47,114 nucleotides of DNA from Chromera velia (taxonomy: Eukaryota). The notes beneath the pieces were generated by a model. The model was given only the letters and a program-made list of their open reading frames with translations, did no database searches and had not been told where the DNA came from. The DNA is taken from the NCBI GenBank assembly GCA_018398765.1, contig JAHBMJ010000435.1, positions 1-47,114 of the forward strand, in the 5' to 3' direction. Shown here in pieces: positions 1-10,856 of the stretch; the stretch's first letter is position 1; every line of letters begins with the position of its first letter. A program made the position numbers and the translations under genes.

Positions 1-375
1 ACTCGCCTTTTCTGGACACGACCAAGCAACAGATTTCGGGGGGCGATGGAGGGCGGGGGTGAAAAGAGGGTCGATGCAACCGTCATCACAGAGGTCGGTC
101 AGTGAGTGAATCTGGAATGAAGCGTGAATGAGTGAACAAGTGAGTGCATGTGCGAAGTCGTGTCGCTCTGATCTCATCATATCCACCAGCGCATGTATTC
201 ATTATCATTAATTCTGTATGAACATGAATGCACGCATCGTGTCGTATCGCTCTGATCTCATCATATCCACCAACGCATGCACGTTTCAATTCCGCTCACC
301 CGGGCGAAAGGAGGGGGTCTGTCTACACGCTGAGAGAGAGAGAACGGATGAACCAAGGAAAATTGATTTTGGTAG

Positions 376-602
376 GGAGGGCGGGAATCTCTGAAAGCAG
401 CAAAGCCGCTGGTGGCAGATCAACTGAAATTGACGTAAACTTTTGTCACAACATTTCGGAAGCCATATTGCAGGTGCCTTCGAAGTTCCTCTGAATTTGT
501 GTCTGCGTGCATTGTGCTTCCCAAACGCCGATGAAATCCTTTCGACGAGAACCGGGTCTTCTGCGGCTGTGTTGTCTCTCTCTTTCTCTTCATCTGTCTC
601 TG

Positions 603-660
<58 letters not shown>

Positions 661-685
661 TGTGTGCGTGTGTGTATGCGTGTGT

Positions 686-721
<36 letters not shown>

Positions 722-752
722 ATGTGTGTGTGTGCGTATGTGTGTGTGTGTG

Positions 753-786
<34 letters not shown>

Positions 787-1698
787 GGCTGAAGAGGCAG
801 ACTTTCCATCTCAGGAGATGCCTGTGTTCAAGACTTCATCCAGCAGCAGTGACCTTGAGAATTCAGCAGAAGGACGAGAAAAGGTACTTTCATCTTCCTC
901 GTCAGGAGAGAAGAGGCAGAAGGAGAAGAGCGGTGCAGCAGAACGAGGAGACACTCACTCGAACCAACCAATCGCTACGGGAAAAGACCAGCAAAAGAAA
1001 CATCCGAAGGAAGGGACCGGCAGCAGTTCTGATGAAGCAAAGAACGAAGACCAAGAGAGCCGCCCTTGGAGGAAATACGCACCTCACGTATTGGTGCTCA
1101 CCGATCTCAACGTCTGTTTGTTCGGTCGTCCTGAAGTCCATTCGTTCGTCAAATAGTTTCTGTGTTAGGGTTTTGTTCGCATCTTTCTTTCCTTCTTTCT
1201 TGCTTTCCTTCTTTCTTCTTCCTTCCCTTCTTCCTTCCTTCCTTCCTTCCTTCCTTCTTCTCCTCCTTTTCTCCTGCTCTGATTACCCCCTTGGTTGCGT
1301 GCTTGCTTGATTGCGTGTGTACGTGCGTGCTGGCAAGTTTTTGACGCCCTTTGTAGAATCGAAGACACGATTTAGCCTGTGATCGTGTTGGGGAATAGAA
1401 GAAAGATTGTGCTTAACCCAGTCAGATTGTCCGGAGGGTGCGTGACAAGGAGCCTCAGGACGCATGTTGACTTGAATGTGATGACTATGAATGAGTACGG
1501 CATAGCCAGTCCCTGTGACCAGACGCGATCGTGATACCCTCCTCTTCTTTTGATTTCATTTTCTTTTGATTTCATTCTTAGGATTGATTATCGAACTGAA
1601 CTTGGTGTGTCATATCTCTGCTGAGATGAGATGCAGCCTCGGTCGTTCCGAAGAGGGACCAGGAGAGAGGAATCAGAACAGCGCGCACACACGCACGC

Positions 1699-1740
<42 letters not shown>

Positions 1741-2985
1741 ACACAGACACACACACTGCCTCCCTCATAATACTTATGCGAAGCGAAATTGGGTCAGGCA
1801 GCCAGTCAGTCAAGAGGGCCTATTGATTTTTTCTGGTTGCTTGGTTGGTTGGGTGCTTGCGTGCAGATGCCAGGCGGCTGGTCAGGCACCCAATTTGCCC
1901 ATCACATCAAGCAGCTGAGGCAGTCGGATCTCTTCATGCCCTCTCAGATCCAGGTCTTTCTGTGCTCAGGGGACACCAAATCGGTAAGTAAGTACGAACT
2001 TCGGACAAGATACCTTTTCTTGGATTGTGCACACCCACGGCTTAGATTCCACACACGCTTTTCATCTTCAGAGTTCGGGGGGAAACCACGAAGCTAGGCT
2101 TTTGATTAACGTTGTGTGAAGAGAAGGGTGCGTACACATAGTCTCATTTCCTTTTGGTGAGCGTCTGCCTCGTTCACTTGCTTCGTTCTTCTCCGCCTCT
2201 CTCTTCTGTGATCCGGCTCAGCAGTCTCACGGCTGGCTTGAAGAGACTGACCAAAAAGCAAGTACACGTTTCAGATTGAAAAGCCACAAACCATATTGAC
2301 TGTCATTTTAGTAGTCCTTTCAATGCCTCTCATTTCAGCATGCAGTCTTTCCGGATCAACACATGTATCTAGCCGGGCTTCTTTCCACTTCCCTATCTTC
2401 ATTTTTGTGTTCCCCTTTTCTCTTTCGACTGTGTTCGTGCAGCCATGCATGCATGCATGCAGGACATCGAGGAACAGTTCCCATCAGAAAAAAAAAAACC
2501 AACCATGCATGCATGAATGCAGGACATCGAGGAACAGTTCCCATCAGAAAAAAAAAAACCAACCATGCATGCATGAATGCAGGACATCGAGGCACAGTTC
2601 CCATCAGAAAAAAAAAAAGCAACCATGCATGCATGAATGCAGGACATCGAGGCACAGTTCCCATCAGAAAAAAGAAAAAAACAACCATGCATGCATGCAT
2701 GAATGCAGGACATCGAGGAACAGTTCCCATCAGAAAAAAAAAAAAAACCAACCATGCATGCATGCATGAATGCAGGACATCGAGGAACAGTTCCCATCGG
2801 AAGTCCAAAACTTCCAGGGGATCATCCCGAAGCCCTGCGAGTACGAACACCTGGTTTCTGTGTTCGTCCAGGCGTGCACGCAGGCGGCAAGGGCGATGCA
2901 CAGAATTGTTGAGGGAAGGCACGAAGAAGCGCAAGTCCCCGGAACGCTCCCGTTAATTCCAGAAAACTCAGAGAGTGGAGAGTGA
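376..2985 (+). CDS. 3' part of a gene containing a response-regulator receiver (REC/CheY-like) domain, possibly a hybrid histidine kinase; exons 376-473, 788-1111, 1867-1983, 2776-2985; 5' end lies upstream
   Basis: Phase-consistent GT..AG splicing gives ...[15 protein letters not shown][~100 aa S/E/K-rich][29 protein letters not shown]...[42 protein letters not shown]...*. This matches receiver hallmarks: phospho-acceptor D in hhhhDxxMP, SG..A..IK helix, beta4 Ser, and the conserved KP. Confidence 0.8.
586..784. repeat. Intronic (TC)n/(TG)n microsatellite
   Basis: Directly visible; ends at the acceptor TGCAG at 787. Confidence 0.95.
2443..2798 (+). repeat. Tandem repeat of ~60-68-bp units, 6 copies, each containing a 3' splice acceptor and the exon start
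   Basis: Unit CCATGCATGCATGAATGCAG|GACATCGAGG(A/C)ACAGTTCCCATC-AG(A)n-CCAA. The last copy continues into the coding exon at 2776. Confidence 0.95.
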
Positions 2986-5574
2986 ACCCTGATTTTTTTT
3001 TTTATCTCTTTACTTCTGTATGAAAGTAATTCCAGAAGACTCAGAGAGCGAACCCCTAGACACTTCAATGAATAGTTTCGGAAAAGAAGAGCCGGTCTGG
3101 AAACAACAATGAGGACCAACATCGATTCCCCTGGCGGTGCATGTCATGCAGCATCGTTTCGGGCAGGATCGACGAATTAAAGACGCCTGCGTATTCTTCT
3201 GATTCACATCAAGTGAAAGAAAGAAGAGTTCTTTCTGTATCCGCACTTGAATTGACACGGTAATTGCCTAACCGTGCTTCGATTTGTTTGCTTTTGCTGT
3301 TTTTTCTCTTCTGTCCCCATCCATCTTCTGTTTTTTTTTTTTTGCTGTATGAAAATGAATGTATGCGCTATTCTCTTCTGTTCCCATCCATCTTCTGTTT
3401 TGTGTTGGTTGTGTGTCGTGTGTTGCGTTCATAACTTTGACAGTTCTCTAGTAGACTGGGAAACAAATGGGTGAGCGGATCGGTCTATTTTCATCGGGTG
3501 CGTGCACGGGAAAGAGTCAATGAAAAGAAATGAAGAGGAGAATTAAAGGGTTTGAGGGGGAAAGGCAGCCAAGAACGGTATCGAGGGAATTCAGCGGATC
3601 ATCAGGGTAACTTTGGCGTCCTCACTGTTTCTCTTCTCATACCGCCTGTGCCTGCATGAGGCCTTTATGAATATTTTTCGTTAATTCGGATTTATGTCGA
3701 CAGCTGTTTCACCAAGTCACCAGAATCAAATGAATTTCGAGGGTGGTAGTAGAACCCACACACATACGTACACATATACACACACACACACATACAGGAC
3801 GAAAAACACGAAAGTCCACTACAGCAAGCATGAGAGACTTTGAGCTCTTGTAACGACTCAAATGAATTCAGTGGAAAGAGAGAATGAACAGTTGATCTGC
3901 CACATGCAAATGAATAGAATGATCAAAGCAGGAAGGTACGTAAAACTCACTGTATGGGTACTTTATTGTCACCTCGCCGGGCCCTCTCCTCTCCAACTCT
4001 CTGCGTCCCATACATCTGCCTGCCTTTTGTCCTCTCCCCTTCTCCTTTTCTCTTCTCTTCTGTTCTCTGATCCTATCTTCTGATTTTTTCTGTCCCTCGA
4101 TCATGCCCAGCCGTTGCATGGGTGACTGACTGACTGACTGACTGACGGCCTTGGAGGAGGAATGCTGACCTGACCCTTCATAGAGAGATCGAGGAGCATG
4201 CATTGGTCATCTTGACTCGATCTCTCACGGCTGAATTCATTCGAGGAATGCCGTGATCTATCTATCTGCATGGCCGTTGGCGCAAGGGAGACGATCGGCA
4301 TGTGAACTGTCGTGTGCGCACACTGTCAGTCCGCCTGTCGGGACCTCCCTCGCCCTTCTCGAGGGCCAAAACAAGCAATTAATATTTCACTTGGACTTGT
4401 CTTGCCTCGCCTCGCCTGCCCTCTCCTCCCCTTGCCTCGCCTTCTCTTCTTGTAGGTACCTAAGTGATTTCTTTGGCAATGGATTTTATCTTCTCACCAG
4501 CAGACAGACAAAATGTGAAAACGATAGAGCAAATGGAAGGAATGAAAACATGCAGAAGGAAGAAGCGGGCTGCAAGGGCCGCGGACTGACGGTAAGATTT
4601 TCCGCACAGGACAGCTTTTTGAGGTTGCCTGGCTGGCTCTCTTCTTGTCAGTTTTCCCTTCATGCACGCATGCCCGACAAAGAAAGCCTCCCCCACAAGG
4701 CTGGATACTGATCGAATTCAATCACGCATGCCCCGGATGAATGGACAGCGGGTGAAATGAAGTAGTTGGATGGAAGAAGAAAAGAGAGGTCGAATCTCAT
4801 GTTGGGAGGTGAGTGCACAGGCCGTCTGGCATTATTGAGTTCATTTGAATTGATCTGAGAGCATGATTGTCTCAGGAGGAAGCAACAGCTGCCAAGCGGT
4901 ATTCATTTGATGGATCGCCGAGTCATTGTCTTTTGATGATCACCCTTGGCCTTTCTAGGCTCGTAACTTTGATTGTATGCATGCAAGGGATCGATCATGT
5001 AGTTGCTTTGTTGGTTCGTTTCTGCAGATGATCCGATCGAATCTGATGAAATGAAAAAAATGAATCTGTAGTTGGATGCAGGCGGCTGTTTAAGTTTTTG
5101 TTTATTTGTGGATTGCTTAGTGTGCCGGGAAGGGAAGAAGGCCGGAGGAACGTATAAAAGAAACAAAGGGACCAGAACAGTGCCAATACTCGGAAGGCAG
5201 GAAAGAAAACTAAAAGAAAAACAGGGGGGGGGGTTGGAGCCATAAAGGGGTAGTCTCTCTATTTATCTGTCTCTCTCTGTCTCTCTGTCTCTTTTTCTGT
5301 TACTCTCACGCACGGACAAAGCAAAGTGGGGAGGGAGTGTCGGACGTAGCACTCTTTTTTCCTCCTCAAGACACTCTTGATGACAATCCTAGTAAAAGTT
5401 GCGACGGTTGCATTGCCATGTGCAAGTCTAAAACTTGCAAAAGGCCCCGGCCTCTTTACACATTTGCCATCCTTCTGAAGCTGATTGAGTAGCAATGTTA
5501 AAAAGATTTTTTTCTTTTAGATTAAGTTTATACATATATATATTACACAGAAAAACGTTACATAGTATTTTGTT

Positions 5575-8500
5575 CATCATCATCATCATCATACGCCATC
5601 GCTATCGGCCTATAATAGGCGTCTAGCATTCGGCAAGTCACAACACGCAAGGCAGATTGTTAAATGATGGACCCTCATTTCGCAACATTTGGTAAATAAC
5701 TTAACAACTGCATTTTTTCTCAAACTCTTCCACTTCTGGCAGGGCGTGCTTGCGCATGAGCGAGGCTGCTTCATGTGATGTTGACTGCCAGCCATGCCAC
5801 GCCACCTTATAACGCCATCCTCTTCCCTGCTTGTACTTCCTAAAAGTTTCCTTCACCTAACAGCCCTGAACCCAGCTTCCCTTCTTTTCTTTGACTGCCT
5901 TCTTCAGCTGCTCTGGCTGTCTGGGGGTAGGGTCCTTGTGTGCTTTGCTTGTGTGAATGCGAAGCCCTCGGGGGGTAGAAAACGTTTGTCCACATACCTT
6001 ACACTTCGCATCTCCATCTCTTTGCCCCTTTTTCACTTCCCTTTTCTTTTCTTTTTCCTCCGCTGCTCTCTCCTCTACCTTTTTTACCCCATCTTGAATT
6101 AACGCCCTCTACCTGCCTCTATGAGAGGCAAGTGTCTGCCACTTGGCCTCATTAATTTCCAGAAGGCGGAAATCAGAGAGGACACAGTCGCTCCAACGAA
6201 GGAGGGGTCAACCAAAGGGGCGCTCTCCTTGGAGATGCTCAAACAACAACTGACGGGGAAGACGCTCTCTCCCTATCCTCCCAACATGCCCCAGCCACCA
6301 GAGTCTGGAAAGTCGGACGGTGCTCTCAATCGTGCGCAATCTAAACGTACGGCGGAGGGCGGCGTCAGGAGTATGCTCCTGACGAGGCTGGTTCGTAACC
6401 TGCCTCACACGCGCCATGCACCATGACTCCAACTTCACGATCTGGTCTTTTTGGGCTGCCCACGTCTCTGCCCTATAGAGGAGGGCGGGGAGGACTGCAC
6501 CTCTGAACATATGCATTTTTGTCTTTGTTATGAGCCCTACCCGCTTCCACACCTCCTCCTGCAACTTTCTCCACACCATCCCTACTTTTTGGATGCAGTG
6601 ATGGATCTCTCCGTTGAGAGACCCGTCATTCAACATCATACCCCCCAGGTACCAGAACTGCTCTACCTCCTGCAAAGGCTGTCACTTAATGGCAATGGTG
6701 GACTAACGTGGCTCTCTTGTGTGCCTTTCCTCCCCTCTTCCCGGCTGCATCATCATCTCTGTCTTCTTGATGGAGATTTTTAATCCCCACTTGTCACACG
6801 CTGCCTGCAGGCGATCTACAAACTCTTGCATGCGACGCTCTCGCGTCTCGGGCACGGCCAGATCGTTTGCAAACTTCAGATCAGTGACACTGATCTTGAA
6901 GGCGGACCGCCCTGCCTTCTTGCTCGCAAAAGGCTCTGCAAAATCCACCTCCACCTCTATCCCCCCATCCCAGCCCTGCAAGGCCTCCTGCACAACTGCT
7001 TCGAAAAGGATAAGGAAAAGGAGAGGCCCGATCACACATCCCTGTCTGATCCTATTCTTAACTGCAAACGGCTCTGTTCTCTCTCTATTCACCTCTACAC
7101 ACGCCTCCATGTCTTGCATGAACGACATGATGATGTCTATCAGGAGGGGGGGAATGCCCACCTTCAAAAGCAAAGCACGGAGGGCGACACGGGTGACTGT
7201 GTCAAAGGCCTTTGTCAGGTCAACAAACAGCCAAAACAGACGAATCTGCCTCTCCCGTGCCTTCTCCATGATCTGCTTTACTGTGAAAAGCATGTCTATT
7301 ATCCCCCTCCCCTCCCTGAATCCCGCCTGTGACTCACTTATTTTCTTTTTATTTCGTTTTTAGATGCGACCCCCCACAATCTTTGCAAGTACTTTACCTG
7401 TAACAATCAGTAGGGTGATCCCTCTCCAGTTATGATCACAGAGCAGACGGTCGCCTTTCTTGGGGACAGGGACCATCATTGCATCTCTGAACACCTTCGG
7501 CATCCCCCTTTCCTTCCACACTGCCCTAAAGACGTCTAAGAGCCTGCTGATCATCGCTTCCCCACCTGCCTTCAGCTGCTCTACTACTATGCTGTCTGCC
7601 CCTGCAGTCTTCCCATTTGGCAGCCTCTTCACGGCTTCTCTCACCTCTGCTCTGCTCGGGATTCTATCCATCCACCACTCCACCCGCGCCAGGGCCCTGC
7701 GGGATTCTGTCTGTCACCCCCTCAACTGCCTGTAACGGAAGGTTCAAAACTCCTTCAAAGAAGCGGCCAAAACGGGCTTGCACCTCCCTTACATCTATTG
7801 AGGGGGGGTCTCCCACTTTTTGCCCTTCCCCCAGGATCGCATTGATCCTAGGCCTGCCCTGAAGCCTCTGCAACTCCTTCTAGAAGCGGTAAAGCTTCGA
7901 GAAGTTATTGCTTACAAATGCCTCCTCGAGCTCTCGTCCCTTCTGCGACCACCAGGCGTTTCGGGCCCTTCTGACGGCTTGTGCTGCGGCATTGCGGGCT
8001 CGCACGTACTCTCTGCATTTCGATTCAACTCCCGTCTCCCCCTTCCTACTCACATTCTCATAAACAACCCTTGCTTTCTTCTTATATTCAAGCAACGGCA
8101 ACAGTTGGGAACACGTCTCTGCAAACCACTCTGGTGCGGGGCGTATGCCTTTGCCTTCTGTTGTGGCTTCAGCGATGCTGCAGATGGTGACGGCTGTCTC
8201 CTCCCACAATTGTTCGGCTGTTGCTGTGGCTGTGACATGCTATAACTTTTGGAAGCTTTTCGAGTGCGGCGCAGAGCGCGGGTGTGAACGTTTTGCTCGG
8301 CAGTACGCAGCGCCGCTTATCAGATGCTTACTGCGCACTGTCCTGCTTCTGCTTTCTTCGAACGGGGAGATGGATTTTCAGACCGACAAACCGATGGTCG
8401 AACCAACAGTCAATCGACTTGAACACCCTGACATCGCATACCCTGCTCAAATCCCTCCTCCTTACTAGAAAGTAGTCAAGCTCATGCCACTTCTTGGAGC

Positions 8501-9447
8501 GTGGGTGCTGCCACGATCCTTTGTGGTGTGGGGGGTGCTAGAAAAACGAGTTTGCAACAACGAGTTTGTGCTCGAAGCAGAACTTAAGCAGACACTGCCC
8601 GTTTTGATTTGGATATCTCTGTCCTCCCGTGAACCTCCCCAACACTGCTGCCGTTTCCTCATTTTTTCGTCCCACCCTCGCGTTGAAGTCCCCCCCAATG
8701 ACGACTGGGTTTCCGTTCGGGACTTTTTTCACTGCCTCCCCGAGGTCTCAGTAAAACTCAGCCATTTCCTCGTCTCCCGCCCCACTGGTAGGGGCGTATG
8801 CAGAGATCAGTATAACGGCTTCGAGGTCAACTCGCCCGATGCGGCTTGCATTACCAGCTTGCTGCAACACGCCGGGTTTCTGCCTCTCTGCCTTCCTGCT
8901 GAACGAGAACCCTACCCCATTTCACCCCTGCAATGCACTTCCTGCAAGCGGGCCCGTAAAGAGCAACCGCTGCCTTTCATGACATTCCGTCTCCCCGTGG
9001 ATACGGGTTTCCTGCAAGAACGCAACGTCCACAGTCACCCTGTGGAACTCCTCTGCGATGTGGGCTGTCCTCCTTGGGGGAGCCTGTGCTCCCTTTCCTC
9101 CTGTGTCAAGCAAGGTGCAGCAATTTTGGGTTCCAAGGAACCAGCACTGTCTACGCCGCTTTTCCACTTTCCAACTTTCTGTTGCTGCCTTTGCCTGTCT
9201 GTCTTTGGTTGCCTACCATAGCAGCGATGTTTGTTCCCTGAGGGGGGCGGCTCTTGACGCCTCAGGGCAGTTCTGCACGGCTTAACTGGGGGAGAGAAGA
9301 CTCTCGCTGAGACCAGTCCAGCACTGTTGCGCAGAACTCCATGGTTTGGGCTGCTTTTTTCTTCGGAGAAGCGATGGTTTGATCTAAAGCCTTTACCCCA
9401 GACGGGCAAGACTCCAAACCGACTCATCTGACTTATGGTGACATCAC
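5575..9447 (-). mobile_element. Full-length, degenerate RTE-clade non-LTR retrotransposon (~3.87 kb)
   Basis: Flanked by the direct repeat AGTATTTTGTT (5564-5574 and 9448-9458). The minus-strand 3' end has a (GAT)n tail. A single APE+RT reading region is present, as in RTE elements. Confidence 0.92.
5690..9167 (-). pseudogene. Disrupted RTE ORF: AP-endonuclease, reverse transcriptase and C-terminal C2H2 zinc finger (lower boundary approximate)
   Basis: EN motifs: DVAFLQETR, GGDFNARVG, NGQCLLKFC..HKLVVANSFF. RT motifs: GKTAGADSI, PVPKKGD..CDHNWRGITLL, QAGFREGRG, FVDLTKAFDTV, RQGCVIGPLLF, FAND (expected FADD), FWYLG, WLGHV. Zinc finger CKVCGQTFSTPRGLRIHTSKAH at ~5938-6003. Several in-frame stops (e.g. 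7360, 6703, 6208) and frameshifts. Confidence 0.9.
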
Positions 9448-10856
9448 AGTATTTTGTTATTATAAGAGTATAAGCTTTAATGGATAAGTAAGTATATTAA
9501 TGATTAACTTTTAAACTTGCAGAATGTTGGGCTTTTATTCAGTTTTTGTTTTTGAGTTGGTGATGATGATGCTAGGAGCTTAGCAGGAGGCCTGGGGTGA
9601 TAGCCTAAGGTGTTAAAAATTAATTTATCATCATCCTAGGTAATCATACATCGTTGCAAACAGCCTCTTTCATCCTGTTTCTAGAAGTCTATACAACGTT
9701 TAGCTAGTGGCAATGTACAAGGCAGTTTGATTTACATTTTAAACTATTTTAGAAAGTTTAACTGTAAAAAAAGAAAAACTGAGAAGAACAAACTATTGTT
9801 TTAACCGCACTTTTACGTACTTTTACCTACCTGTGCCGGTTGAACAGGTTAGAACAGGTCACCATATCCAGTTTAAATTTCAATACTCAATATTATTCAA
9901 TATAACTCAATAGCTGCTGAAATTGCAGCTGAATAATCAGATTGAAAGATTTTTTTTGTGAAAAATATTTTTGATTATATCAAGTTTATATGTTTTTACG
10001 TAGCGTGATGAGCTTTTCGTGCAGCGTGGCGGTGCAGTGCGGCGGCGCAGGCCAAAATGAAGTCCACATTAATATGATGATTGAGGGTTTTTTCATGCAT
10101 GCCGCGTCCCCATATGTGAGAGGCGGATCTAACCTAGTTTGTCGATTTGTTCTGTGCTACGACTACCAGCGACGAAAATAGGTATGACTTCGATCACCCT
10201 GATACAGCTGATCAATCACAACTTCTTTTATTAATTATTTTTTTGTCGGGAAATAAATTTTAACATGCATAGTCTTTGTCATCTCCTCCTTTTGTCTAGT
10301 CTTTAGTCACTTATTGTTCACTCCCAGTCACCATCGTCGTAAGGGGCCTGAATTGCTGCGACCCCCCCAGCAGTGCTGAATGAAGCTTCCTCCCTCTGAG
10401 CTCTTGGCTTTTAATTTGTAATTAATTTTTAGGTTCCGGTACATGATTTTGGCGGCGCGCCGCGGTAGGAGACGCGGCCGGAATGCAGGAGCTAGCGCAG
10501 GAGAGAGACGTGCGTGTGGAGACGTGATGAGACGTGTGGAGACTGAAGTTGAAGAATCGAAGTCCGTCAGTGTCCGTCAGCTGGATTCTGAGCAGCTAGA
10601 AACTGAATTACCAATCAGTCGAACTAATTAAATCCGGGAAAGTTCGATCGAAGATTTGATGATGGAAGTACTGCGTCTGCGCTCTTCAGCTCTTCACTGA
10701 AGATTTGGTTGTCTGGTCTTCTCATGTCTTCTCGATATTAAATCCGAGCCCTAGACCCTATACTCCAGGTGCGACTTCAAATTATTCGTGCAACTGCAAC
10801 TGGAGGTGTCCTGTTGTTTCCTCATCCTTAAGGTTGTGTTCCGATCATAGCGCATC

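Noticed and set aside
2443..2798. CRISPR-like appearance of regularly spaced repeats
   Set aside because: There are no unique spacers and no cas genes, and the context is a eukaryotic intron; it is a plain tandem duplication.
8484..9221. 245-aa plus-strand ORF, and 6719-7363
   Set aside because: These are antisense shadows of the retrotransposon EN and RT regions, with no motifs of their own.
9170..9447. HDV-like ribozyme in the RTE 5' UTR (known in some RTE elements)
   Set aside because: I could not identify the nested double pseudoknot by eye; this needs an RNAMotif or Infernal search.
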